Part shown: positions 34,659-43,490 of the stretch, piece by piece
How the letters are laid out: each line of letters starts with the position of its first letter
Position numbering within the stretch: the stretch's first letter is position 1
Source: a virus
Taxonomy: Duplodnaviria > Heunggongvirae > Uroviricota > Caudoviricetes
Virus record (IMG/VR): IMGVR_UViG_2778261673_000008
Location: 1 to 43,490 of that record
Direction: 5' to 3' (one strand)
DNA: 43,490 nucleotides
Made by a program: the position numbers and the translations under genes
Notes under the pieces: generated by a model
The model's database searches: none
What the model was told of the DNA's origin: nothing
Seen by the model: the letters and a program-made list of their open reading frames with translations, nothing else

Positions 34659-37070
34659 ATGACGGTCTCAACCGAAGTCGACCATAACGACTACACAGGG
34701 AACGGCGTTACCACATCTTTCCCGTACACGTTCCGCATCTTCAAGAAGTCAGATCTCACCGTCCAGGTCGCTGACCTTAACGAAAATATTACGGTGCTGA
34801 CTCTGGATACCGATTACTCCGTTACCGGGGCGGGTACCTATTCTGGCGGGAATGTCGTGCTGATGTCACCGCTGGCCAACGGATGGCAGATTTCTATCTC
34901 GCGCGACCTCCCAGTTACCCAAGAGACTGACCTCCGTAACCAGGGGAAGTTCTTCGCAGAGGTCCATGAGGATGCGTTCGACAAGCTGACCATGCTTATC
35001 CAGCAGTGTTTCAGCTTTCTACGCCTGGCGCTGCGCAAGCCGTCGTTCATCGCGAACTATTATGACGCACTCAACAACCGCATTCGTAACCTTCGTGACC
35101 CGTCACAGGCGCAGGACGCAGCCACGAAGAATTATGTTGATGGGCAGATCGTTGACAACACCAATGCCTGGAAAGCTGGTGATGCCATTCTTGATCAGAA
35201 GATTGACAGTAATTTTGCGAGAACTCTACGGGTTCCAGAAAGCACTGTTGACCAACTAAGCCCGGTATCTGTTCGGAAAAACTCGTTGTTAGGATGGGAT
35301 AGCAACGGAAAGCCAATACCTGTTTTTTCGATGACAGATACAGCAGATCTCGCAATAAAGTTAGCATCTCATGAAGATGGTCTTGGTATGTCTTTGCTGG
35401 GCATGCCAGGGTCTGGATCTTTAAATCAACTTATTGGTAAGTGGACTTGTCCTGAGGCATGGGGCGTTATTACTGATTCCCAGCCAGACGCTCATGCTAA
35501 TTCTAAAAAAATGTTTAATATGTTTGAGTGGTTACGATCTTTAGGTGGCGGTGTAGCATATTTCACACCAGGTAAAACCTATTGGATTGATTTTATTCAG
35601 TTCGTACCCAGCAATGTTGTAATTATAGGATATGGGGCTACGGTAAAACAGATAAACCCATTGTCAATGTATGGTCGTGGTGGTTTCGTTTTTGGGAGTG
35701 GCAGAGAATGGAACTATAAAAAAGCAAAAGCGGCATACAATTCCGGTAATTACCCGTCTTCCGTTGCTGATTCTACGATGGCAGAGTTACCACTGAAATC
35801 TTACCTGAGAGATAATCAGTCTTATGTTCAGTGTGAGAAATGTAAAGTTTATGGCTTGCGCATGTCTGCAGTGTTTACTGATTCCAGCTATTGGGGAGGC
35901 TATGCATTTAATTGTGTTAATGCACAGCATATAAGATTTTTCGATGTGGTTGGTGATGGTTGGACTCAATTGTTTAACTTTGGTAACGATAGTTCTTCCT
36001 CTTCTCCATCTTGTTATGATGTAATTGCAAAAGGTGCTACCGTTGAAAAGGCGGATCTTGTTCGCACTTATTATGCATTTGGTTTTATTGCAAACTCAAC
36101 AGATTGCTGGATTGAAGATTGTGATCTACTTAAGCCTATGACTGCCGGAACTATTAATGGTTCAGGAGCTGCTACAAACTTTGTAGAAAACTGTGGGTTT
36201 AAAGATTTACGAGCTGCAAAATTAGGTCGTACAGTATCTTCGGAGATGGTTCTATTAAATAATGCAAAAGGCTGTCTTGTTGAGAATATAGATGTTGGTG
36301 ACTGCATTAATGGTGTAGCCACCTACTATACTGATGATTCATATAATGATGCTAACATGCCGAATATTATAAGAAACATTTCTGCATCAGCTGATAATGT
36401 TGTCGCTCTTCGTGCAAAATACTCTGTTATTGATGCATTTCATGGTAAGGGGGCATACATAAATGAGTTGTATTTCGCAAATAATAACGCAAGCGGAAAC
36501 AAAATAAATAAAAACCCTAAATCTATAGGCTTTGGTGGCACAAACCTGCAATCATGGTTTTTAACCAATAATACTGTTCTTGGTTGGTTCAGAAGATATT
36601 TTTATTTAAGACCATCAGAAATAATTCTGAACGACAAAGCAGACACATTATCATGGACATTTAACAAATTAGTATCAACAAAAAACGGTGTTGATCTTTA
36701 CTTCATGTGGAGGGTTCCAGATGATATAAAAGCTATTGATGATATAAGAGCTTTTATAAGATTTAACATTTCACCTGATCAGAATGCAGCAGCAGCAGGA
36801 TCTACTGTTGAAGCAAGTTTAATTCAGATGATATCGTTTGACGGAGATATAAATACAGATCCTTACACGGCGTTTTCTAATTCAAAAGTTGCTACATCTG
36901 GAGTTGAAAACACTACAATAGTAACTCAAATGGGGTCAACTGCCCCTGGCTTTGTAAAAATGGCAGATGAAACACATGGACTTGCATATAGTTGGTATGT
37001 GTTATTTAAAATGACACATAACGTAAATAACAATTATATGAAAGAAATCAGAATAGCGGGGTATAATTAA
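34659..37070 (+). CDS. Tailspike / tail fibre protein
   Basis: 803 aa; N-terminal segment of phage-typical GC content, then a long AT-rich C-terminal part with beta-rich N/G/S/T/Y composition. Confidence 0.7.
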   Translation: MTVSTEVDHNDYTGNGVTTSFPYTFRIFKKSDLTVQVADLNENITVLTLDTDYSVTGAGTYSGGNVVLMSPLANGWQISISRDLPVTQETDLRNQGKFFAEVHEDAFDKLTMLIQQCFSFLRLALRKPSFIANYYDALNNRIRNLRDPSQAQDAATKNYVDGQIVDNTNAWKAGDAILDQKIDSNFARTLRVPESTVDQLSPVSVRKNSLLGWDSNGKPIPVFSMTDTADLAIKLASHEDGLGMSLLGMPGSGSLNQLIGKWTCPEAWGVITDSQPDAHANSKKMFNMFEWLRSLGGGVAYFTPGKTYWIDFIQFVPSNVVIIGYGATVKQINPLSMYGRGGFVFGSGREWNYKKAKAAYNSGNYPSSVADSTMAELPLKSYLRDNQSYVQCEKCKVYGLRMSAVFTDSSYWGGYAFNCVNAQHIRFFDVVGDGWTQLFNFGNDSSSSSPSCYDVIAKGATVEKADLVRTYYAFGFIANSTDCWIEDCDLLKPMTAGTINGSGAATNFVENCGFKDLRAAKLGRTVSSEMVLLNNAKGCLVENIDVGDCINGVATYYTDDSYNDANMPNIIRNISASADNVVALRAKYSVIDAFHGKGAYINELYFANNNASGNKINKNPKSIGFGGTNLQSWFLTNNTVLGWFRRYFYLRPSEIILNDKADTLSWTFNKLVSTKNGVDLYFMWRVPDDIKAIDDIRAFIRFNISPDQNAAAAGSTVEASLIQMISFDGDINTDPYTAFSNSKVATSGVENTTIVTQMGSTAPGFVKMADETHGLAYSWYVLFKMTHNVNNNYMKEIRIAGYN

Positions 37071-37342
37071 TGACTGGTTCAGATGCAAAACAGGCAGATG
37101 TGTTATTCAAGGCTATCGTTGATTATTATGGAAACATGAGCGGAAGCGATATCACTACAGCGCAAGTAAATCAACGTGACAAAATCATAGCAAGTGGAGT
37201 TATTGAATGTGACGACGCTATAGATTTAAAAATACTTGAACTTCAAGACAAGTATATTGATGCAGAAAATGAAGCATCTACTGAAACGATGTTATTAAAA
37301 AGAAAGCAGGTTGTTGAAGAGGCAATTCTTTTATTGTCATAG
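37070..37342 (+). CDS. Hypothetical protein (90 aa), AT-rich
   Basis: Start overlaps the tailspike stop (TAATGA); acidic. Confidence 0.4.
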   Translation: MTGSDAKQADVLFKAIVDYYGNMSGSDITTAQVNQRDKIIASGVIECDDAIDLKILELQDKYIDAENEASTETMLLKRKQVVEEAILLLS

Positions 37343-37460
37343 AAAAACACGTTTTCAATGATCATTTGTCATGATTACCATTTATCCATAAATGGTTTAT
37401 TGTGTATGATGGACTGACCAAACTAAGGAGGTTCATCATGCATAGTAAACGGTGGTCATC

Positions 37461-37865
37461 ATGTCTGCATCGCTAACCGCTGATACAATAAATCAGGGGC
37501 TTAGCTATGGTGCGCTGGCAGCAGTCATCGCCGGCGTACCTCCTGAAGTGGCGCTGGGATCGCTGGCCGGGGCGGTAATTTTTGTTACCTCTGCAGTTGA
37601 GTATCCGTTCAAGCGCCGCGTTCTCCTGGCGCTACTCAGCTTTCTCTGCGGTCTTCTCTTCTACAAACCCACAGCATCAATCCTTATCGGCGTTGCCAGC
37701 ATGATCCCCACCATCACACAGGACTCGTTCGAGCGGGGCATTGTCTACTCCGCCGGCGCGTTCGTTGCCGCAATTGTCGCGGTGCGGGTTGGGATATGGC
37801 TGTATCACCGCTCTGACAATCCGCGCGATTTAATCCCGGGAGGAAAAGACGATGACAGGCCATGA
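37461..37865 (+). CDS. Putative holin-like membrane protein
   Basis: Several hydrophobic segments, charged C-terminus, directly upstream of the lysis genes; start ambiguous (GTG 37452 or ATG 37461). Confidence 0.5.
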   Translation: MSASLTADTINQGLSYGALAAVIAGVPPEVALGSLAGAVIFVTSAVEYPFKRRVLLALLSFLCGLLFYKPTASILIGVASMIPTITQDSFERGIVYSAGAFVAAIVAVRVGIWLYHRSDNPRDLIPGGKDDDRP

Positions 37866-38157
37866 TCTGCTGCTTATCGCTAATTCCATCATCTGCGGCG
37901 GTATAGCGCTGCGGGTGATGTTCTTCCAGCGCAACGGATCGCGCCATCGCCGCTGGGGCGGGTGGATAGCCTATTTCCTCATCGTGGCGGCGGCCAGCAT
38001 CCCGCTGCGCACCGCGTACTCATACCTGTACCACTTCCCTATGACCGCAGATCTTTCTGAGGTCGTTATCAATGCTGTGATGTTCGCCGCGGTGCTGAAG
38101 ACACGCGGCAACGTCGTGCAAATCTTCAAGATATCGAGGTCGCAACATGGACATTAA
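37852..38157 (+). CDS. Putative holin/antiholin membrane protein
   Basis: 101 aa with 2-3 TM segments, GGAGGAAAAG RBS, immediately before the endolysin gene. Confidence 0.45.
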   Translation: MTGHDLLLIANSIICGGIALRVMFFQRNGSRHRRWGGWIAYFLIVAAASIPLRTAYSYLYHFPMTADLSEVVINAVMFAAVLKTRGNVVQIFKISRSQHGH

Positions 38158-38776
38158 CGAGTTTCAGAAAGCTGCCGGCGTTAACTTGTCGCTGGCCACG
38201 CGCTGGCATCCGCACATTGTGGCGGCCATGAAAGAGTTTGGCATCATCAAGCCGCTGGATCAGGCGATGTTTATTGCCCAGGCCGGGCATGAAAGCACTG
38301 GCTTTACCCAGCTCGTTGAGAGCTTCAATTACAGCGTGGCGGGGCTGGCTGGTTTCGTCCGTGCCGGGCGACTGACGCAGGGCCAGGCTAATTCCCTCGG
38401 GCGCCGGCAGGGTGAACCATCGTTGCCACTGGAGAGGCAGCGGGCCATTGCCAATCTGGTGTACAGTAAACGCATGGGGAATAACGGGCCGACAGACGGC
38501 TGGTTTTACCGCGGGCGCGGGCTTATCCAGATCACCGGGCTGAACACCTATCGCGACTGCGGCAACGGCTTGAAGGTGGATCTGGTTAAGCAGCCGGAGC
38601 TGCTGGCGCAGGACGAGTATGCAGCGCGGAGCGCGGCGTGGTACTTCGTGAAATATGGATGCCTGAAGTACACCGACGACCTGATGCGCGTCACGCAGAT
38701 CATCAACGGCGGGCAGAATGGCATCGACGATCGCCGTGTGCGTTACCTGTCGGCCAAGAAGGCGCTGGCATCATGA
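38147..38776 (+). CDS. Endolysin, glycoside hydrolase family 19 (chitinase-like lysozyme)
   Basis: Motifs FIAQAGHESTGF and YRGRGLIQITGLNTYRDCG are typical of GH19 phage lysozymes. Confidence 0.85.
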   Translation: MDINEFQKAAGVNLSLATRWHPHIVAAMKEFGIIKPLDQAMFIAQAGHESTGFTQLVESFNYSVAGLAGFVRAGRLTQGQANSLGRRQGEPSLPLERQRAIANLVYSKRMGNNGPTDGWFYRGRGLIQITGLNTYRDCGNGLKVDLVKQPELLAQDEYAARSAAWYFVKYGCLKYTDDLMRVTQIINGGQNGIDDRRVRYLSAKKALAS

Positions 38777-39255
38777 TCACGGCATTCGTGAAAGCATACT
38801 GGAAACAGTTGCTTATCGTGTCGATGCTTGCTGCTCTGGTGGCCGGCGGCGTTATAGCCTGGAATATTCACGGTGACAGACAGTACGACGCCGGGTATGC
38901 GCAGGCGAAGGCTGACCGCAAAGCAGAAGATGAGAAAGCCCGTCAACATGATGAACAGGAGAAAGCAACCAATGAACGTGAGGCGCAGCAGAGGATCGAC
39001 CAGGCGCGCAATGATGCTCTTGATGCTGCCGCTCGCGCTGGCCGGCTGCAGCAGCAGCTCGTTGCCATCCGTGAGCAGCTCAGGCAGTATAACGCCACTG
39101 TCGGCGCTGGGTCGTCAGCCGCAGACACCGGAGTTTTGCTTGCCGACGTGCTCAGCAAATCTCTCGAGAGAAACAGACAACTGGCAGAGTATGCTGACCG
39201 GGCAGCCGAAGCCGGAAGAGTCTGCGAAAAACAGTACGACACCCTGACCAGATAG
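38773..39255 (+). CDS. i-spanin (Rz-like)
   Basis: ATG overlaps the endolysin stop; N-terminal TM helix then charged coiled coil; contains an embedded lipoprotein ORF in another frame. Confidence 0.7.
   Translation: MITAFVKAYWKQLLIVSMLAALVAGGVIAWNIHGDRQYDAGYAQAKADRKAEDEKARQHDEQEKATNEREAQQRIDQARNDALDAAARAGRLQQQLVAIREQLRQYNATVGAGSSAADTGVLLADVLSKSLERNRQLAEYADRAAEAGRVCEKQYDTLTR
39011..39249 (+). CDS. o-spanin (Rz1-like lipoprotein) embedded in the Rz gene
   Basis: +1-frame ORF MMLLMLPLALAGCSSSS...: lipobox LAGC, Pro/Ser-rich mature part, ends 6 nt before the Rz stop. Confidence 0.65.
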
Positions 39256-39404
39256 CATGGCATTTTTCATGGTACTGATTTCCGGTGACGGTATATAAAA
39301 CGGTACGAGGAAAATTTAGCTTTAGAAAAGTGTTATCACTCAATTGGTTATGGCGTCCGTAAATAATTGAGTGGGAATGATTTGACCCTGCACTATGAAT
39401 GAAC

Positions 39405-39436
39405 AAAACCCTCTGTTACTACAGAGGGTTTTTTAT
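39405..39436. terminator. Bidirectional hairpin terminator at the host side of the junction
   Basis: AAAACCCTCTG-TTACTA-CAGAGGGTTTT flanked by A-run and T-run. Confidence 0.6.
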
Positions 39437-39472
39437 CTTCAAGAATTATAGGATTGAAGTTACTAACATCGA

Positions 39473-40012
39473 TTAATTAAACCAGCTGTCCGATTTGTTC
39501 TCTTCTGCTTTGCCCACGCTTTTCATCAGATCGCGACCGCCTTCAGTCATATTTCTGTTGGCGTCAGCTTCAGATTGCACCACATCGGTTTGCGCAGCTT
39601 TGTGCTTCAGTTCCTGATCGATAAATTCGTTTTCTCGCTTAACGCGGGCTTCTTCTTTCGCCAGCGCCAGTTTTTGTTTCTGAATCTCTAAGCTGCGTAG
39701 CTCATCTTCATAACTTTGATCGCGTTTTTTGTCCGCAGAGGCTTCGGCGTCCAGTTTATCCTGACGAGCTTTCTTATTTGCCGCTGCCGTTGCCGCTCTT
39801 TTGTTAGCGGCGGCCTGGGCATTTGCGCGACGTTGCTTCTCTTGCTGGATTTCCCTGTTGCGCTCCGCGACCCATTCGTCATGCTGCCTTTGCTCTTCAT
39901 TTTTACCTTGCTGTTCCGCTTCTGCGACAGCAGAGAGTTGATCCTGCAATGATGAGGCGATAGCCGGATAGCTTAAGGAGGCTAAGATGGCGCAAAGAAA
40001 AACTTTCTTCAT
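39473..40012 (-). CDS. yfgI: Host periplasmic protein, YfgI-like
   Basis: 179 aa with signal peptide and charged coiled coil; synteny with yfgH/yfgG/pdeF-like genes; identity from memory, not searched. Confidence 0.55.
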   Translation of the reverse strand: MKKVFLCAILASLSYPAIASSLQDQLSAVAEAEQQGKNEEQRQHDEWVAERNREIQQEKQRRANAQAAANKRAATAAANKKARQDKLDAEASADKKRDQSYEDELRSLEIQKQKLALAKEEARVKRENEFIDQELKHKAAQTDVVQSEADANRNMTEGGRDLMKSVGKAEENKSDSWFN

Positions 40013-40027
40013 GACTCCTCCTGATTA

Positions 40028-40546
40028 TTAGCTCTTTTCAGGACATTTGGTATTTGGCTGAATACGCGTTTCGTTATACGTCGTGGTAATAACAACGGCT
40101 AAACCTGTCGTAAACTGGCACTCTTTACCCACCTGGGTAGAGGTATACACTTTGGTGCCTTCCTTATAGGTTAAAGAAACACCTTCCACTAAGGTTTTAT
40201 CATTCACCATAGAACCCGCTGCCGCGCCTACAGCTCCGCCGCCAACTGCACCTGCCGTCGTTCCGGAATTGCTGCCAGACCCGACGTTGTGGCCGATAAC
40301 ACCGCCAGCGACTGCGCCAATAAGCGCGCCGAAGGCTTGTGCGTTCCGTTTATTTTGGGAGTTGTCTACGGCAACTTTTGCGGGAAGAATGGAAATAATA
40401 TTAACGGTTTTAGTTTCTTGTTTGGTATTCAGTTGATCGGTTTGATAAACATCGGCAGCATGATCGTCAGCATTTGACTGGCATCCTGCCAGAGTGAATG
40501 ACGCTAACATTGCCACAGGCAGAAGACATTTTTTAAATTTCATCAC
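40028..40546 (-). CDS. yfgH: Host outer-membrane lipoprotein with glycine-zipper motif, YfgH-like
   Basis: 172 aa; lipobox LAGC; GALIGAVAGGVIGHNVGSG glycine zipper. Confidence 0.55.
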   Translation of the reverse strand: MMKFKKCLLPVAMLASFTLAGCQSNADDHAADVYQTDQLNTKQETKTVNIISILPAKVAVDNSQNKRNAQAFGALIGAVAGGVIGHNVGSGSNSGTTAGAVGGGAVGAAAGSMVNDKTLVEGVSLTYKEGTKVYTSTQVGKECQFTTGLAVVITTTYNETRIQPNTKCPEKS

Positions 40547-40856
40547 TATTCCTTGTTATACACATTACGAAAAATAAGACATTTAAGATCATCAAAAGAG
40601 GAAAGTAAATGTATTGCGTATAAAGGGATAGATTAAATTTATTAAAATTCACGCAGGGAATAATTTATAAAAATATATCATTACAACATATATATTAATT
40701 TTATATTTATTTCGCAGCCAAACAGGATAAACATCAGTCAGGATAAAGACGTAAAATTTAAGATGAAAGAATATCTGCCGCTTTGATAATCCCAAACAGC
40801 AAAAGCATCCGACAGCGAAGTGCCGTTATGTTCTGTGAAAGTGGAGAAGGTAACCG

Positions 40857-41048
40857 CTAACGTTGTACCGGTGATTCGACGGAGAGTGTGGATTGCTGAG
40901 CTTCTTTTTTGCTCTGATGGTGCTGCCAGGCACCGACGGACGAGTAGATAAAACGGCCAAAGAAGAAGATAAAGCTGATGAGCAGTACGATACGGGTCAT
41001 GCGACTGTTAAATCGGTGTCGTTTTCGCATACTGGTTGCCTGACTCAC
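40857..41048 (-). CDS. yfgG: Small host membrane protein, YfgG-like
   Basis: 63 aa with one TM segment; position between yfgH-like and pdeF-like genes. Confidence 0.5.
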   Translation of the reverse strand: MSQATSMRKRHRFNSRMTRIVLLISFIFFFGRFIYSSVGAWQHHQSKKEAQQSTLSVESPVQR

Positions 41049-41399
41049 AAAAGGTTCCTTGAAGTATGTCCCACGCTGTGGACGGTACTTACATTAAGGC
41101 ACAACAGGACAAAATGGTCAATTCTTCGTTATGTAAAAAAGCGTCAGTGGATACATATTTTAATGTTATGGAAGTTAATTTAATTATTTACAATGATGAT
41201 GTAATAATGATGAATTAACATGATAAACGTAATAATTCATTAATCAGGGTTATTTTGTTTGATATATATCAATTGGTACTTTCATATGACACTTAGAATC
41301 AATGCTCTCTATAGTGATGAATAATCATCATTCGAAGTCAGGTGGGATGCCTGTCTGAATACACCTCCTTCAGGATGTGGGGGATTCTGCTGAGCATCT

Positions 41400-43490
41400 A
41401 TGAAACTGAATGCAACTTATATAAAAATACGTGATAAATGGTGGGGGCTTCCGCTGTTCCTGCCTTCTTTAATCTTGCCCATTTTCGCCCACATTAATAC
41501 TTTCGCGCATATTTCTTCCGGTGAGGTTTTTCTCTTTTATCTGCCTCTGGCACTGATGATCAGCATGATGATGTTTTTCAGCTGGGCGGCATTGCCAGGG
41601 ATCGCCTTAGGGATTTTTGTCCGCAAATATGCAGAGCTGGGTTTTTACGAAACGCTATCATTAACGGCTAATTTTATTATCATTATCATTCTCTGTTGGG
41701 GCGGTTACAGGGTCTTTACTCCCCGGCGTAACAACGTTTCACATGGTGATACCCGTTTAATTTCCCAGCGTATATTCTGGCAGATTGTGTTTCCTGCAAC
41801 GCTGTTTCTGATACTTTTCCAGTTTGCTGCATTTGTAGGATTACTGGCGAGCAGAGAAAATCTGGTCGGTGTCATGCCTTTTAACCTCGGGACTTTAATC
41901 AATTATCAGGCCTTACTGGTGGGTAATCTGATCGGTGTCCCGCTGTGCTACTTCATCATTCGGGTAGTGCGAAATCCATTTTATTTACGTAGCTATTATT
42001 CGCAATTAAAACAGCAGGTTGATGCCAAAGTCACCAAAAAAGAGTTCGCGCTCTGGCTACTGGCATTAGGTGCTTTATTGTTGCTGTTATGCATGCCGTT
42101 AAATGAAAAAAGCACAATTTTTAGCACCAATTATACCTTGTCATTATTGCTGCCCCTGATGATGTGGGGAGCGATGCGCTATGGTTATAAGCTGATTTCG
42201 CTGCTCTGGGCGGTCGTGTTGATGATCAGCATCCACAGCTATCAAAATTACATTCCCATTTATCCTGGCTATACCACGCAGCTGACCATAACCTCCTCCA
42301 GTTATCTGGTATTCTCTTTTATTGTCAATTATATGGCTGTACTGGCAACCCGTCAGAGAGCGGTAGTCAGACGCATTCAGCGGCTTGCGTATGTGGACCC
42401 GGTGGTTCATCTGCCAAATGTTCGCGCCCTGAATCGCGCGTTGCGTGATGCCCCCTGGTCTGCGCTTTGTTATTTACGCATCCCTGGCATGGAAATGCTG
42501 GTTAAGAACTATGGCATCATGCTGCGGATTCAATACAAGCAAAAACTTTCTCACTGGCTGTCACCCTTGCTGGAACCGGGTGAAGATGTTTATCAGCTTT
42601 CGGGTAACGATCTCGCGCTGCGACTGAATACAGAATCGCACCAGGAGCGCATTACCGCACTGGATAGCCATCTCAAGCAATTTCGTTTCTTTTGGGATGG
42701 CATGCCGATGCAACCGCAGATTGGCGTCAGTTACTGCTATGTGCGCTCGCCAGTGAATCATATCTACCTGCTGCTGGGAGAGCTAAATACGGTCGCCGAA
42801 CTTTCCATCGTGACCAACGCCCCGGAAAATATGCAGCGTCGCGGGGCAATGTATTTGCAACGCGAATTGAAAGATAAAGTCGCGATGATGAATCGACTAC
42901 AGCAGGCGCTGGAACACAACCATTTTTTCCTGATGGCCCAGCCGATTACCGGTATGCGTGGTGATGTTTACCATGAAATTCTTCTGCGCATGAAAGGTGA
43001 GAATGATGAACTGATCAGCCCCGATAGCTTCTTGCCGGTCGCGCACGAATTTGGTTTATCGTCGAGTATCGACATGTGGGTCATTGAGCATACGCTGCAA
43101 TTTATGGCTGAAAACAGAGCGAAGATGCCCGCTCACCGTTTTGCTATTAATCTGTCTCCAACCTCGGTATGTCAGGCTCGTTTTCCTGTTGAAGTCAGTC
43201 AGTTGCTGGCTAAATATCAGATTGAAGCGTGGCAACTTATTTTTGAAGTCACCGAAAGTAATGCTCTGACCAATGTTAAGCAGGCGCAAATCACCTTGCA
43301 GCATCTTCAGGAATTAGGCTGCCAGATTGCGATTGATGATTTCGGCACCGGCTACGCCAGCTATGCACGGCTTAAAAATGTGAATGCCGATCTGCTTAAA
43401 ATTGACGGCAGCTTTATCCGCAATATTGTGTCAAATAGTCTGGATTATCAGATAGTGGCGTCGGGTGATGCTGCCAACTTACTGATTTAG
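41400..43490 (+). CDS. pdeF: c-di-GMP phosphodiesterase, MASE1-GGDEF(degenerate)-EAL; PdeF/YfgF-like
   Basis: N-terminal multi-TM MASE1-like domain; EAL-domain motifs EVTE, DDFGTGYAS, KIDGSF; ORF ends with in-frame TAG at the last base of the window. Confidence 0.7.
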   Translation: MKLNATYIKIRDKWWGLPLFLPSLILPIFAHINTFAHISSGEVFLFYLPLALMISMMMFFSWAALPGIALGIFVRKYAELGFYETLSLTANFIIIIILCWGGYRVFTPRRNNVSHGDTRLISQRIFWQIVFPATLFLILFQFAAFVGLLASRENLVGVMPFNLGTLINYQALLVGNLIGVPLCYFIIRVVRNPFYLRSYYSQLKQQVDAKVTKKEFALWLLALGALLLLLCMPLNEKSTIFSTNYTLSLLLPLMMWGAMRYGYKLISLLWAVVLMISIHSYQNYIPIYPGYTTQLTITSSSYLVFSFIVNYMAVLATRQRAVVRRIQRLAYVDPVVHLPNVRALNRALRDAPWSALCYLRIPGMEMLVKNYGIMLRIQYKQKLSHWLSPLLEPGEDVYQLSGNDLALRLNTESHQERITALDSHLKQFRFFWDGMPMQPQIGVSYCYVRSPVNHIYLLLGELNTVAELSIVTNAPENMQRRGAMYLQRELKDKVAMMNRLQQALEHNHFFLMAQPITGMRGDVYHEILLRMKGENDELISPDSFLPVAHEFGLSSSIDMWVIEHTLQFMAENRAKMPAHRFAINLSPTSVCQARFPVEVSQLLAKYQIEAWQLIFEVTESNALTNVKQAQITLQHLQELGCQIAIDDFGTGYASYARLKNVNADLLKIDGSFIRNIVSNSLDYQIVASGDAANLLI

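Larger units (their letters stand above)
1..39300. mobile_element. Integrated prophage: lambdoid early region plus T7-like podoviral structural module; left end (attL) outside window, right junction about 39,256-39,472
   Basis: Continuous phage gene content from integrase (pos 1) to Rz/Rz1 (39,255); host-like genes begin at 39,473. No att repeat can be identified without the left flank. Confidence 0.8.

Noticed and set aside
41400-43490. PdeF-like gene as truncated by the window edge
   Set aside because: The ORF ends with an in-frame TAG at the last three bases of the window, so it is a complete ORF in this sequence; whether the allele is shortened relative to other strains cannot be judged from the window.
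1-43490. CRISPR arrays, IS elements, transposases, rRNA genes
   Set aside because: No repeat-spacer arrays, transposase-like ORFs, terminal inverted repeats or rRNA-like sequence were seen on reading both strands.

Overview
The window is almost entirely one integrated prophage (about 1 to 39,300) followed by four host genes that look like the E. coli yfgI-yfgH-yfgG-pdeF(yfgF) cluster. The window begins exactly at the integrase start codon, so attL lies outside it. The prophage is mosaic. Its early region is lambdoid: a leftward operon (RecT/RecE-like recombination pair, AlpA-type excisionase, MT-A70 methyltransferase, lambda-type Ser/Thr phosphatase), a tandem-HTH repressor with no peptidase domain, a divergent Cro-like gene, and O-like and P-like replication genes with iterons inside the O-like gene. 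The virion module is T7-like podoviral in gene order (small and large terminase, portal, scaffold, major capsid, tail tubular A/B, internal virion proteins, tailspike); most of these calls rest on size and position, not verified similarity. A GH19-type endolysin, holin-like genes and an Rz gene with embedded Rz1 sit at the extreme right end. Features not explained by ordinary gene calls: (1) at least 15 copies of a palindrome ATTACC-N5-GGTAAT at the repressor locus and in front of most transcription units; (2) a near-consensus LexA box directly upstream of a small protein homologous to the C-terminal domain of a nearby Bro-N antirepressor; (3) an AT-rich cargo island (30.8 to 34.5 kb) between the internal virion genes and the tailspike; (4) an AT-rich membrane/coiled-coil gene plus a phage-borne tRNA-Arg(UCU) inserted between large terminase and portal; (5) a 13-bp palindrome present twice, bracketing the structural module. 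All protein assignments are from reading the translations, not from database searches.
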